A stretch of DNA of 64,000 nt from the IMG/VR virus record IMGVR_UViG_3300032291_003166; one strand, 5' to 3'. Numbering within the stretch: the first letter of the stretch is position 1; each line of letters starts with the position of its first letter. The notes under the pieces are model-generated. The model was not told the origin of the DNA. It made no database searches and was given only the letters and a program-made list of their open reading frames with translations. Shown here in pieces: positions 10,956 through 20,698 of this stretch. The translations under genes were made by a program, and so were the position numbers. The stretch is from a virus. Its lineage: Duplodnaviria > Heunggongvirae > Uroviricota > Caudoviricetes.

Positions 10956-11728
10956 AAGTTTTTCATTATATCTGCTAAGGCTGGATTAGACATTTGCTTC
11001 ATAGCTTTTTGTCTAATAACTGGATTAGCATTTTTATTTAATTTAAAGTTATTGTTAGCTGGCTTAGCAGCTGGTTTTGGTCCTAATAATTTAGGTAGCC
11101 ATTCATTTTCAAACTCAACTCTTGCAGCTAATAAATCAGCCTGATGTAATACAAACATGATTGAGGTACGTGGTTTAGTTTCTGGTGTAAAATCCATTAA
11201 ATACGATTTATTAGCTTCATCATACAAGCCGTCATGCGTCCTGATAGCTAAGAATTCGTTTTTAGAGTAATTTATACCGTTGTTAGTTAATAAAAATAAA
11301 CCACGATCTGGTACGGACATATATTCAAGACGATCATTGAACATATAAGTCTCGTTTAGTTTATCACGTCTCCATTGATCAGTTTGTTCAATGTACGAGG
11401 CATGATTTTCATCTCCAAATTTACCTAAATCATGATTGATAGCAGAAAATACTAATTCTTCAATTGTATAAGTATCTACCATACCCATTGATCTCCATAC
11501 AGTATCAATTTTAATAGCTGCTTCAACAACTCGATTAACGTGGTCTACATAACCACCTGGAAAGCAATTATGATATTGAATTTTATGTGATGCTGGCATC
11601 AATACAAAACGATCTTCATGTTTAGTATAAAACTCAATAAGTTTATCTCTACGTTCACCTGAGATATATGTCTCAATGTTATTAATGAACTTATCCCAAT
11701 TTGACTTAATTTTTTCTGCTTCTAACAT
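10952..11728 (-). CDS. HD-domain phosphohydrolase
   Basis: Contains HNCFPGGYVDH and AINHDLGK motifs, i.e. the H...HD metal-binding signature. Confidence 0.6.
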   Translation of the reverse strand: MLEAEKIKSNWDKFINNIETYISGERRDKLIEFYTKHEDRFVLMPASHKIQYHNCFPGGYVDHVNRVVEAAIKIDTVWRSMGMVDTYTIEELVFSAINHDLGKFGDENHASYIEQTDQWRRDKLNETYMFNDRLEYMSVPDRGLFLLTNNGINYSKNEFLAIRTHDGLYDEANKSYLMDFTPETKPRTSIMFVLHQADLLAARVEFENEWLPKLLGPKPAAKPANNNFKLNKNANPVIRQKAMKQMSNPALADIMKNL

Positions 11729-11745
11729 AACCTATTTTTATTTAA

Positions 11746-11922
11746 TTAATCTTGTTCTGAGTTGATTAAAGATCTAATATCTTCAACTTGGTTTTTCATA
11801 GTGCTAAGCATATCTTTTGCTTCAACAGTATTAAATTTTGGATCTGAGAAACGTGCACCAAATCCGGTTAACATATTCTCTAATTGATCTAATTTTTTCT
11901 GAATAATTTGTTTATATCTCAT
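11746..11922 (-). CDS. small hypothetical protein (58 aa), not in ORF track
   Basis: Manual translation gives MRYKQIIQKKLDQLENMLTGFGARFSDPKFNTVEAKDMLSTMKNQVEDIRSLINSEQD, filling the gap between two genes. Confidence 0.3.
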   Translation of the reverse strand: MRYKQIIQKKLDQLENMLTGFGARFSDPKFNTVEAKDMLSTMKNQVEDIRSLINSEQD

Positions 11923-12256
11923 TTATGATTTGTTTAATCATGCTCACTAACTGTGGCACTGTGTCGAATGTACGAAGTGTGTCTGTGGTAGCCAAGTCTG
12001 TTTCAGCTACTATAGTAATAACTTTATCATCTAAATCTAAGAATATTATAGGATAGGTAGATGTTTGGAATTTATCTTCAATATCATCAGCAAAGTCGGA
12101 GAATTTCTCAGCATCAATGTCTGCATAGGATATCCCCGCTGCATTCAGTTCACTCTTAAGCCACATACATGTGTCACACCATTCCAACGTTAACAATCTA
12201 ACCCTTCCATCCTCTCTCATCTCCCTATCTCTCATCATTTCCTCACTAGTAATCAT
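11912..12256 (-). CDS. glutaredoxin/NrdH-like redox protein
   Basis: CDTC (CxxC) motif in a thioredoxin-fold context (LLTLEWCDTCMWLKSELNAAGISYADID). Confidence 0.5.
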   Translation of the reverse strand: MITSEEMMRDREMREDGRVRLLTLEWCDTCMWLKSELNAAGISYADIDAEKFSDFADDIEDKFQTSTYPIIFLDLDDKVITIVAETDLATTDTLRTFDTVPQLVSMIKQIINEI

Positions 12257-12423
12257 AAGTATAAATTATAATTATTTATTATTTTCTAAAAAATACGGTT
12301 TTTTCTCTGGGAGGCCAAGCCTTCCTATACCTCTCTTAATAAGTGTTTCGTTTAACGACATATTCGATTTAAACAATAATATTATGTTTATATAAATATA
12401 TATGAGAGTCAAGTTATAGTGGT

Positions 12424-12918
12424 TTATAAGGGTGATATAGTGTATTTATCACCTAATTGATTAACGATTGCTATCGCATCTCTAGAGTGCATATAAAACA
12501 TTTCTCTGTTACCTGCTACTCTAACCGCATCCAAATGTTTATGAAGTTCTTGTTCTAATTTATAAGAATTAAAACACTTAAAAGAATAAACTGGCACTCA
12601 TGGTGTAGGAACACCTGTTGCTCCTGATATTTCCTTTGCTCTTTCTTCTACCTCTCTAATTGTCATTCCTATCTTTACCATATCTGGCATTGATTTATTT
12701 ACTAAGACATAAACATACTCATTAGGAACTAATTTACCATGTTGGTCAAGAGGACTATCTTGATAATAAGTAACCTTCTCCCAACCTGCTTCTTGCAAGT
12801 CGGGAGTTAAGGTAAAGGCAGTTGCCTTTGCGCAAACTTGTTCTGATGTTAGCTCGTTACCATTCACAACCTTGTAGAAGTGAGCATCGTCACTCGTAAT
12901 GCGTCTTAATCCTTTCAT
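12424..12918 (-). pseudogene. T5orf172 (GIY-YIG-related) domain gene interrupted by a single in-frame TGA at 12598-12600
   Basis: N-terminal part (YVYVLVNKSMPDMVKIGMTIREVEERAKEISGATGVPTP) and the same-frame continuation after TGA (VPVYSFKCFNSYKLEQELHKHLDAVRVAGNREMFYMHSRDAIAIVNQ) together form a complete T5orf172 domain. Confidence 0.7.
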
Positions 12919-12920
12919 AA

Positions 12921-14102
12921 TTACTTAGTAATATATTTAACTAAATCTTTGTTTAACATCATCAATTTAAATTTACCTGGATTGCTATTGTAAATTGATT
13001 TTACCATATTATAACTAACATCAGTTGCAAATACTTTTTCGGTAATAATTTTGGTAATTCTTTCAATAATTGGTTTTTCAACTTGATTTTCTTTAGAATA
13101 ATATTCTAAGTAGTTACTAATCCTAGTACCTAATGTTGCTGCAATATCAGCTCTATAATCTTTATCTTTACCAACTAAACCTTTTAAAGTATTCATTACA
13201 TACTTCTCATCTTGGTTAATAATATTTTCTGGTGAGATCATCTTGTCCAATTTGTTATTAATGAACATTGTAAACAACGTACTAAACTCACTACCAACTG
13301 AACCCTCACCAATCATCTGAATTAACGGTAACGATTCTTCAAAGTTTTTAACGGATGATATGGAGTTAAAAAACATACTAACACTTCTACTATTAACTTG
13401 TTTAGTTACTAATTCTGGATGCATCAGCATAAAGTTAATACATCTACCATCTAATTGATTCTCTTCAGCCCATTTACCCCAGCATTTCAAATCAAATTTT
13501 AAGTTAACACTAATAAATCGTGTTTTCTGAGCGTTGTCAATACTATTAACTAAATAATCACCGTTATCAGGATTAGCAGTTAAAATAATATGCCAATCTT
13601 TAGGTAATGTCCAACTAATATATTGTTGTCTATCTACTAACTCCATTACAGCTTGAATGAATCTCATATCAGCTCTATTCCAATCATCTAATAATAGAAT
13701 ACCACCTTTTTCTTTACCACTAATCCATTCAGGTGGGCAGTAACTCATACGATTTAAACCAGTTGAACTAAAACCTTTCTTTCTATAATCCTCAACTGAA
13801 TTCTCATCCACCCATTCTTTACTATCTTCTGATTGCATCTCAAATTGGCGAATTGGAAAACCAACCAAGTCACCAATTTCTTCAATTTGTGCAAGATTCA
13901 ATTTAACAAAATTCAAATCTAATTCATCAGCTAACTGAACAATCGAAGATGTTTTACCAATACCACTATCACCTACTACTTCAGTTGATACCATTGGTTT
14001 ATTGTTTTCTTGTAAGTAACGGTTGTTACTAATAATGTGTTTTAAAAAGTCTTTTAATTCATTAACATTTAATGATACTGTTGCGTTTGATTTTTTAGCC
14101 AT
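12921..14102 (-). CDS. MoxR-like AAA+ ATPase (AAA_5 type)
   Basis: Walker A GDSGIGKTS, Walker B ILLLDDWNRAD, sensor ILTANP. Confidence 0.65.
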   Translation of the reverse strand: MAKKSNATVSLNVNELKDFLKHIISNNRYLQENNKPMVSTEVVGDSGIGKTSSIVQLADELDLNFVKLNLAQIEEIGDLVGFPIRQFEMQSEDSKEWVDENSVEDYRKKGFSSTGLNRMSYCPPEWISGKEKGGILLLDDWNRADMRFIQAVMELVDRQQYISWTLPKDWHIILTANPDNGDYLVNSIDNAQKTRFISVNLKFDLKCWGKWAEENQLDGRCINFMLMHPELVTKQVNSRSVSMFFNSISSVKNFEESLPLIQMIGEGSVGSEFSTLFTMFINNKLDKMISPENIINQDEKYVMNTLKGLVGKDKDYRADIAATLGTRISNYLEYYSKENQVEKPIIERITKIITEKVFATDVSYNMVKSIYNSNPGKFKLMMLNKDLVKYITK

Positions 14103-14139
14103 AACCTTTTTTTTTATTTTTTAAATTGTTTCTTATTTC

Positions 14140-14176
14140 TTCTTATATAATAAAGATAAGTAATTAGTCGAGGTCA
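14140..14176 (-). promoter_or_regulatory. conserved promoter-like element, variant B (TTCTTATATAATAAAGATAAG-N11-GGTCA on +)
   Basis: About 35 nt upstream of the ATG of 12921-14102. One of at least 18 near-identical copies. Confidence 0.6.
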
Positions 14177-14186
14177 TAAAAACCCA

Positions 14187-14423
14187 CTATTTCATATTTG
14201 TTGCTCTAGCAAATAATGAATCAAATATAAGATGATGATATTTGTATCCATGTTTCTTTGTTAACGCTCCATATAATTTTGGAATATTAATTTGTGTTTC
14301 TTTATCATACTCATCACCTAATTGAATTACATTTAATGCAAAACGAATATCACTATCTAACTCACTATTAATATTTTTTTCTAATTCCTTATATAAATTA
14401 TTATCTATTTTTAAAGTTTCCAT
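14187..14423 (-). CDS. hypothetical protein
   Basis: 78 aa ORF. Confidence 0.45.
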   Translation of the reverse strand: METLKIDNNLYKELEKNINSELDSDIRFALNVIQLGDEYDKETQINIPKLYGALTKKHGYKYHHLIFDSLFARATNMK

Positions 14424-15664
14424 TATCTAGTAATTTGAATTTTAGCACCTGGTAAATCCTCATTTACTTTACAGTTAGCGCAATGTACCCATAATACTGG
14501 TTTAATTGGTTTTGTTTCAGGTACACAACTTTCACCATCTGTTAAATAAATTAAATTTTGATACTTATCTGAATGTTCTTGTAAATATTTCATTACTGGT
14601 TCAAAATCTGTACCACCTCTACCTGATACTTTAATATTATCTGTTTCACCTTTATATTCATAAACTCTACCAATTCTAGCATCACATTCTACAATTGTCA
14701 CTTCAGTACCTGTTTTCCATATATGATATATTTCACTAAAGAAATCCTTTAAATCATTATCAGAAACAGAACCTGATGTGTCAATAGCAACTAATGTATT
14801 TTTCTTTTGTTTAATTTTTAAGGCTGGATTACCATAAAAACGTTTATTTGGTTTACGTCTTGTTTTCTTAGTATAAACTTTAGAAGCCATACCATTAAAA
14901 CGTCTAAGATAAGCTTTCCAATCAATAACTGCTTCTTCTTTAATTCTAAGTTCGTTAATTAATCCTTGTAATTCACCTGGTATAGTACCTCTATTACGTT
15001 CAACTTGATCTGCTACTTCTCTCAACTGATGTTCAATTTGTTTTTCCATCAATTTCTTTTCAGCCTCATCCATGTTCTCAAATTGTTTCCAAAACTCATG
15101 AGAACCTTTAACTGTAACCTTAGTGCCATCACCTAAAGTAATCTCTTTAGCCTCACCACTTCCATTAGCCTCAGACATTGCCTCCATAAATTTAGCAAAA
15201 TCACCTTCTGGGTTATCTTGTTGTTCTTTTTGTAACAAATCATAATACTTTCTAGTACCTGCTTTTAAGGGTAAATTTAACTCTTTAAATGGTGATTGAT
15301 CAATTTCTAAACCATCCCATGTTTCGTCCTTATAATCGTCTTGAATGTATTGATTAATTTCAATATCGGCAGCTACGTTTAATAATTGTTTATCTTGAAA
15401 ACTATCAAACATATGTAAGTGTTTAAATGCAATATGTAATAATTCATGTTTCAGAACTGCTACTTTACATTTCTCACCAATTGTATCCCAAAAAGCAGGA
15501 CTAACAACTAATTTAGTATTGATACCATCTTTAGCAACACATGCTGTTTGAACAGCATTACTAATTTCCTTATTTAAGCCAATCAAAAACAAACCATAAA
15601 ATGGTTCTTTAAACATTAATGTTTTAGCGTGTTTGGCAATGTCTGCGTGTAAATCGTCTATCAT
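14423..15664 (-). CDS. VWA-domain protein with N-terminal HExxH metallopeptidase-like domain (partner of MoxR ATPase)
   Basis: HELLHIAFKHLH motif N-terminally. MIDAS motif DTSGSVSD and a ...GRGGTDFEPV VWA core C-terminally. Confidence 0.65.
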   Translation of the reverse strand: MIDDLHADIAKHAKTLMFKEPFYGLFLIGLNKEISNAVQTACVAKDGINTKLVVSPAFWDTIGEKCKVAVLKHELLHIAFKHLHMFDSFQDKQLLNVAADIEINQYIQDDYKDETWDGLEIDQSPFKELNLPLKAGTRKYYDLLQKEQQDNPEGDFAKFMEAMSEANGSGEAKEITLGDGTKVTVKGSHEFWKQFENMDEAEKKLMEKQIEHQLREVADQVERNRGTIPGELQGLINELRIKEEAVIDWKAYLRRFNGMASKVYTKKTRRKPNKRFYGNPALKIKQKKNTLVAIDTSGSVSDNDLKDFFSEIYHIWKTGTEVTIVECDARIGRVYEYKGETDNIKVSGRGGTDFEPVMKYLQEHSDKYQNLIYLTDGESCVPETKPIKPVLWVHCANCKVNEDLPGAKIQITR

Positions 15665-15670
15665 GTCGTT

Positions 15671-15708
15671 TTATTTATATAATAAAGATAAGTAACTAGT
15701 CTAGGTCG
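15671..15708 (-). promoter_or_regulatory. promoter-like element, variant B (GGTCG variant box)
   Basis: TTATTTATATAATAAAGATAAG-N11-GGTCG directly upstream of the 14423-15664 start. Confidence 0.5.
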
Positions 15709-16810
15709 CAAAAACAATATCCACCAAGGCTTCTGAAGCACTATTACTTAACTTAAATTCTCTGTTAATATTATCTAGTAAGAATTTCTTAACAACCTTA
15801 CCTTCTTCACCTTCTTTAAAAGCTAATCTTAAACCACTACCAAATGCTTTCCAATCATGGTCCCATTTAATACCTTTGGTCTTTAATAATGCTAATAAAC
15901 CTTTTAAATTAGTATTAGATTGTGTATATTGACTAGGTCTAAAATTATGTAAATGATATAATTCATTTAATAAAAATGAAATTGATAACAATGTGTGGTC
16001 ATTAATAACCAAGTTAGACATCATTTCAAAACCTAACTTAATATTATCTTTATCCTCACTGAATAACATATCTCTTAGGATAGTTAAATATTCATCATCT
16101 AATTCAATACCATCTTTATTCAAATCAGCAAAAAATTCCTCATCAAAAATAAATTTTAATTTACCACTAAGAATATTTTTCTCATGTTCAAAAAGTAAAT
16201 TAACAACTTCAAATAATTTAGCATTACGGTATCCATCTACTTCAACTCCAGAAAATGAAGATGTATTAGCTTCAAATATAGCTTTATCAGCTGGATGTTT
16301 TTTAAATAATTCTTTTACAGTTTCTATATAATCTGGTCTAATATAAGCTACTTTATCTCTATTTTCAGCTTTTATATAGATATTTTTTTGTTTATCTACC
16401 GCCCAATTTGATTGTGCATTATCTAAAAAATGTTTTACTACAAATTTTTCTTTAAAAAATACAATATCTTCAATATTTAATTGTTTATTTAAATCATTAA
16501 TAAATCCTTTACTAATCAGAATATACTCAGCATAAGCATGTCTTGATGTCTTCTTTAATTTATTATCTTTAATAAACTCTTTTAATTTAAAACGAGGTAT
16601 TTCACTTGCTTTAGAAGCATAAAAAATACTACCATCTTTAATTTTACCTATTTTTGTGTTATAGATAGTATCAATTATCTTTTTTAATCTTAATGTGTTA
16701 TCTTTACTTATAAAATAACATTCTGAATTCCAATAATGGCTTCCTGAGTATTTAACTTTACCTGTGTTATAATCTTCAACAACATGGGTGGAAAAAACAT
16801 TTTCTAACAT
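15701..16810 (-). CDS. hypothetical protein
   Basis: 369 aa ORF. Confidence 0.5.
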   Translation of the reverse strand: MLENVFSTHVVEDYNTGKVKYSGSHYWNSECYFISKDNTLRLKKIIDTIYNTKIGKIKDGSIFYASKASEIPRFKLKEFIKDNKLKKTSRHAYAEYILISKGFINDLNKQLNIEDIVFFKEKFVVKHFLDNAQSNWAVDKQKNIYIKAENRDKVAYIRPDYIETVKELFKKHPADKAIFEANTSSFSGVEVDGYRNAKLFEVVNLLFEHEKNILSGKLKFIFDEEFFADLNKDGIELDDEYLTILRDMLFSEDKDNIKLGFEMMSNLVINDHTLLSISFLLNELYHLHNFRPSQYTQSNTNLKGLLALLKTKGIKWDHDWKAFGSGLRLAFKEGEEGKVVKKFLLDNINREFKLSNSASEALVDIVFAT

Positions 16811-16813
16811 AAT

Positions 16814-17017
16814 CTATTTAATTAATTTTTTATAATCTAAAATAATTTTTTGATAATCTTCAATAATTTTTTGAAGTTCTTTGATGTGTCCATTTAGAAA
16901 ATCAACTCTATTTTCTTGTATTTCAATCATTCCTTCTTTTAAAGAAACCATTTTTCTCAAATACTCAATTGTACCTTCTAATGATTTAGTGTAAGCATCA
17001 CTTGTAATTTCTGACAT
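16814..17017 (-). CDS. small coiled-coil protein
   Basis: 67 aa ORF. Confidence 0.4.
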   Translation of the reverse strand: MSEITSDAYTKSLEGTIEYLRKMVSLKEGMIEIQENRVDFLNGHIKELQKIIEDYQKIILDYKKLIK

Positions 17018-17065
17018 AATCTTTATTTTTTAATATATTTAAATTTAATGAATGGATTGAGGTCA

Positions 17066-17248
17066 TTATAATGTGTCCCATAATTCATCTAATTGTTCAT
17101 CACTAATTACATCCCTTGTATTAGGGAATTTAGATAACAACAACTGAATAAATTTTAATCTTTTTAATGACAATTCTTTGTCATGGTGAATTTCAACACT
17201 AACACTGTTTAAATGTGATTGAACGATTATACTTACTCTTGTTTCCAT
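17066..17248 (-). CDS. small hypothetical protein
   Basis: 60 aa ORF behind a promoter-motif copy. Confidence 0.4.
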   Translation of the reverse strand: METRVSIIVQSHLNSVSVEIHHDKELSLKRLKFIQLLLSKFPNTRDVISDEQLDELWDTL

Positions 17249-17261
17249 AATTTCTTATTTT

Positions 17262-17298
17262 TTCTTATATAATAAAGATAATGAAAGAGCCGCGGTCA
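17262..17298 (-). promoter_or_regulatory. promoter-like element, variant B; GGTCA box lies in the loop of a GAGCCGC/GCGGCTC hairpin (17287-17314)
   Basis: Upstream of 17066-17248. Confidence 0.6.
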
Positions 17299-17341
17299 TA
17301 AAAGACTGCGGCTCAGTAAGGGTAATATTCTAGAAAATTAA

Positions 17342-17524
17342 TTAATCGTTTCTTTCAAATACTTGATCTAAATCATCATTATCAAATTTAACTTCTTTAA
17401 ATGATAATTTTGTTTTTAAATGATCAATATATTCGTCTTTTTGGTTTATAACGTGTACTAAATCTAATATTTCATCTATTAGTTTAGACTTGTCTTCTTT
17501 TAATTTTTTAATTGTTTCCATCAC
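17342..17524 (-). CDS. small hypothetical protein
   Basis: 60 aa ORF. Confidence 0.4.
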   Translation of the reverse strand: MMETIKKLKEDKSKLIDEILDLVHVINQKDEYIDHLKTKLSFKEVKFDNDDLDQVFERND

Positions 17525-18048
17525 ATTTTACTTAAACGTCCACTCCTGTAATAATATTTCTTCCAGTAAGGGTGCTCTAATGAAGCAATGTTTACACCTG
17601 ATTTACTTGATTGGATAAATTTATTATTACTTAAATAAACTCCAACATGACTTATATCTCTAGTTTTAATTCTGAAGAATACTAAATCTCCCGTTTTTAA
17701 TTCATCTCTAGAGATAGTTTTAACATACTTAAATTGCTGTCTTGAATTTCTAGGTAACCATTCATTTACTACTTTAGAATATAATTCTCTAGCAAATGCT
17801 GAACAGTCAATCCCGTTTTTTGATTCACCCCCAAACTTATAGGGCCGACCAATCCAATCAAATACAAAATCATACAATTTTAATGACATCGGGGTGTAGT
17901 CTAAAGCTATACCTGCGATTTGATTTAAGAACTTAATTTGAAGTTCCTTTTCTTCTTCTGGCTGTGAAGTCGCCGACTTGTTCTGTGCTAGTCCTAGACT
18001 AGGCAACAGAACGATCAAGGTAGTTATTATACATATTTTCATCATCAT
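17521..18048 (-). CDS. secreted NlpC/P60-family cell-wall peptidase
   Basis: Signal peptide MMMKICIITTLIVLLPSLGLAQN, catalytic Cys context DCSAFARELY and His context DISHVGVYL. Confidence 0.7.
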   Translation of the reverse strand: MMMKICIITTLIVLLPSLGLAQNKSATSQPEEEKELQIKFLNQIAGIALDYTPMSLKLYDFVFDWIGRPYKFGGESKNGIDCSAFARELYSKVVNEWLPRNSRQQFKYVKTISRDELKTGDLVFFRIKTRDISHVGVYLSNNKFIQSSKSGVNIASLEHPYWKKYYYRSGRLSKM

Positions 18049-18143
18049 TCACCTCTCTGTTCCAACCGCACATATCGTTCCCTGAGGATTTTATTGGTGA
18101 CATCAATAAATATAATAACTATCCTGTGGGTTATCCCTTAAAT

Positions 18144-19274
18144 CTAATGACTATCGCCGATATTGTTTTTTTCACCATATATCAAATAATCAGGATTGAT
18201 CACTTTAGCGATCTTACTACGTTCACCTGATATATGTTTAATCACAATTCCTTCTTCAGGTACTTTAGTTCCTGGAATAAAATTATTAAAAGTGAATTTA
18301 TCTTGTACTTCTTGATCCCATAAACCAGTATATAAAATATCTACATAAGGTAAGTTTAAAAAATAATTAAGAGCAATATGTGTATCACCAGTGTCCATAT
18401 AACCATTATCTAACTTAATATCAAATGCTTTAAATTCAATATCTGATAAACCATAATCATATCCTTTTTGAATACCAGGACCATAAATTTCTCCATAAAT
18501 TATTATCCCATCTCCAATATAGTTAGAACCTCTATCTTTAACATAAGACCATAATTTATTTTTAATATTATATTGTTCAGCAGCTGTTCTCCAAACATCA
18601 GTTGAATAAAAACCTTGTGAGTCAGATCCTTTTTCAACGTTATGAGAACCATAAACATATTCATAGTCAATCCATTCATCAGCTAATCTAATAAATTTCT
18701 TTAATTTATCTATAAAAGATAATTTAGTTTTCTTAACAATACCATAACGAGCATTAGTACCATGAATTTTACGAGTAATCTCTACAACATCATCTTCATT
18801 AAACATTCCGTCAACATTCTTTAAATTAGGAAATTTATAATAAACATGAAAGTGAGGATTATCTTGATATCTAATTTTACGTCCTGAAGCTAATTGAATT
18901 TGTTTAACTGGTGGTTCGTATTTGAATATATTCATTACACCCATCATATCTTTACCTTCTTTTATTTCTGAAGGAAATAATCCTGATTTTGATGTTGGAA
19001 TTAATAAGCATTCAGAATATACACCTCTTAATTTAACAGTACGTACACGTCCACCTTTACGTAAATAATTAGTCACATTTAATTCATCTGATAATTGTTC
19101 AGGGATAACAGCATCTGTGGTTGCTACTATTACTAAACTTCCCTCAACATATTGATCTTTAGGGATGATACAAGTCCATCCATTTACAACTGCTAATTCT
19201 ATTTTATCAGCACCTTCAATTGGTTTGATTTCTTTGATTTTGCCTATAAAGCAAACTGAGTTATTATTTTCCAT
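18144..19274 (-). CDS. RNA ligase (Rnl2-like nucleotidyltransferase)
   Basis: Motif I KIHGTN and motif IV EGIVIKH, a covalent nucleotidyltransferase ligase layout. Confidence 0.55.
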   Translation of the reverse strand: MENNNSVCFIGKIKEIKPIEGADKIELAVVNGWTCIIPKDQYVEGSLVIVATTDAVIPEQLSDELNVTNYLRKGGRVRTVKLRGVYSECLLIPTSKSGLFPSEIKEGKDMMGVMNIFKYEPPVKQIQLASGRKIRYQDNPHFHVYYKFPNLKNVDGMFNEDDVVEITRKIHGTNARYGIVKKTKLSFIDKLKKFIRLADEWIDYEYVYGSHNVEKGSDSQGFYSTDVWRTAAEQYNIKNKLWSYVKDRGSNYIGDGIIIYGEIYGPGIQKGYDYGLSDIEFKAFDIKLDNGYMDTGDTHIALNYFLNLPYVDILYTGLWDQEVQDKFTFNNFIPGTKVPEEGIVIKHISGERSKIAKVINPDYLIYGEKNNIGDSH

Positions 19275-19277
19275 ATT

Positions 19278-19877
19278 TTAATTTAAACTATTTGGGTAAT
19301 ATAATAATGTAGGATTTTTCTTCTGAATATCCACATCTGGGTAATATTTTTTAAACTCCATTACATCAAATTTAGAAGTTATTAAATGACATCCAACTTT
19401 AGTAGGAATTATAGTTTCAATTTTATTTCCTTCAGGTTTTAAACTATTAATCAAATTAATTATATGTTTTGGTCCTTCAATAAAGATATTATCCACATCT
19501 ACAATCCAACGTTTCTCAAGTGTTTTCATTTGTCCAACGATTGAATCAAATAGATTTTGTTGTTTATGTTGTCCACTTTTAATTCGTTGAGCCAGATCCA
19601 CTAACATATTTAAGGATACGTCTTTATGACTTTGTTTTTGAACGTGAATATATGCTCGTGCTTTAAACATTTCGCATAACTGAATAATTTCATCATAACG
19701 TTTTTCTAATTGTTCGATACTAGCAATACAATATGAACGTATAGTTCTTACTGATTGATGATTATCTTTTTCACCTTCAGGTTGATCCTTTTTACGTTTA
19801 AAAATGTAAAGCATATAGAAATCATCTTCATCCTCAAAGTTGAGTAATGGCTTTATTAATTCTAAATTGTCTATCAT
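19278..19877 (-). CDS. hypothetical protein in RNA-repair cassette
   Basis: 199 aa ORF between the ligase and kinase genes. Confidence 0.45.
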   Translation of the reverse strand: MIDNLELIKPLLNFEDEDDFYMLYIFKRKKDQPEGEKDNHQSVRTIRSYCIASIEQLEKRYDEIIQLCEMFKARAYIHVQKQSHKDVSLNMLVDLAQRIKSGQHKQQNLFDSIVGQMKTLEKRWIVDVDNIFIEGPKHIINLINSLKPEGNKIETIIPTKVGCHLITSKFDVMEFKKYYPDVDIQKKNPTLLYYPNSLN

Positions 19878-20257
19878 AACTTTATATTGAATCGATTTTT
19901 CATTTTAATTAAGGTTTCATCTGGTACATTATGTTGGTTTATACCACCATGTCTGTTCTCTACAATTAATGAATGTACTCTATAACCATACTTCTCAGCC
20001 ATCTCAAAATAAGGCTTCATTTCTCTCTCAGTTGTAAACGTATTTGATACAATTACTCTTTCAAAGTCATTTCTCATATATGAATCAACTATACTTTGAC
20101 ACCAAAGGTGTGCATCTTTTAATTTAGAAGCATCAAATTTATATTCATCATCTTCCATAAAATATTGATCAGCTTCAGCTGTTATTCTACCTATTGATTT
20201 TGCTAATGTTGATTTACCACTACCCGGTAATCCTCTTAATAATATTAATTCTTTCAT
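19874..20257 (-). CDS. P-loop kinase, polynucleotide 5'-kinase-like
   Basis: MKELILLRGLPGSGKSTLAKS Walker A at the N-terminus. Size and context resemble the T4 Pnk kinase domain. Confidence 0.5.
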   Translation of the reverse strand: MKELILLRGLPGSGKSTLAKSIGRITAEADQYFMEDDEYKFDASKLKDAHLWCQSIVDSYMRNDFERVIVSNTFTTEREMKPYFEMAEKYGYRVHSLIVENRHGGINQHNVPDETLIKMKNRFNIKL

Positions 20258-20697
20258 ACAGTATGTTCTATTTGTACTCTAACACAGTTTTGAGGTAATC
20301 TATTTATATGTCTGTAATTATTAATATAACCCATAATATTAGCACTACCAATTGCATTTGCTGAATGTGTATAAACATCAACAACTGGTTTTCCTTCCAT
20401 CCATTGTTCTACTAACCATTTAGCACAATCATATCCTGTCTTCTCAGTAATATTATTATAATTTAATTCGTAGTTATGATATACATTTTTATGCCATTCA
20501 GCCATAGCACTATCTCCTAAATCATGGTCTAATGAAATAACATCAATATTTTCTAAACCAACCTCATTTACTTTGGCTACAAACTCATCATAATTTCTTA
20601 CAACAGTCCATTCTTCAATCCCATGAATCCATTCATTATTTGGACTTAATGGTGTGCGTACATCATCTAAATAAATTCTATATCTAGTATTTCCCAT
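20254..20697 (-). CDS. hypothetical protein in RNA-repair cassette
   Basis: 147 aa ORF. Confidence 0.45.
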   Translation of the reverse strand: MGNTRYRIYLDDVRTPLSPNNEWIHGIEEWTVVRNYDEFVAKVNEVGLENIDVISLDHDLGDSAMAEWHKNVYHNYELNYNNITEKTGYDCAKWLVEQWMEGKPVVDVYTHSANAIGSANIMGYINNYRHINRLPQNCVRVQIEHTV

Positions 20698-20698
20698 A

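Noticed and set aside
12598-12600. Genome-wide TGA-to-Trp (code 4/25) recoding as the explanation for the in-frame TGA
   Set aside because: Other long genes (e.g. the 624-aa, 481-aa and 437-aa ORFs) are uninterrupted under the standard code, so recoding cannot be global. Only local read-through, a mutation or a sequencing error remain.
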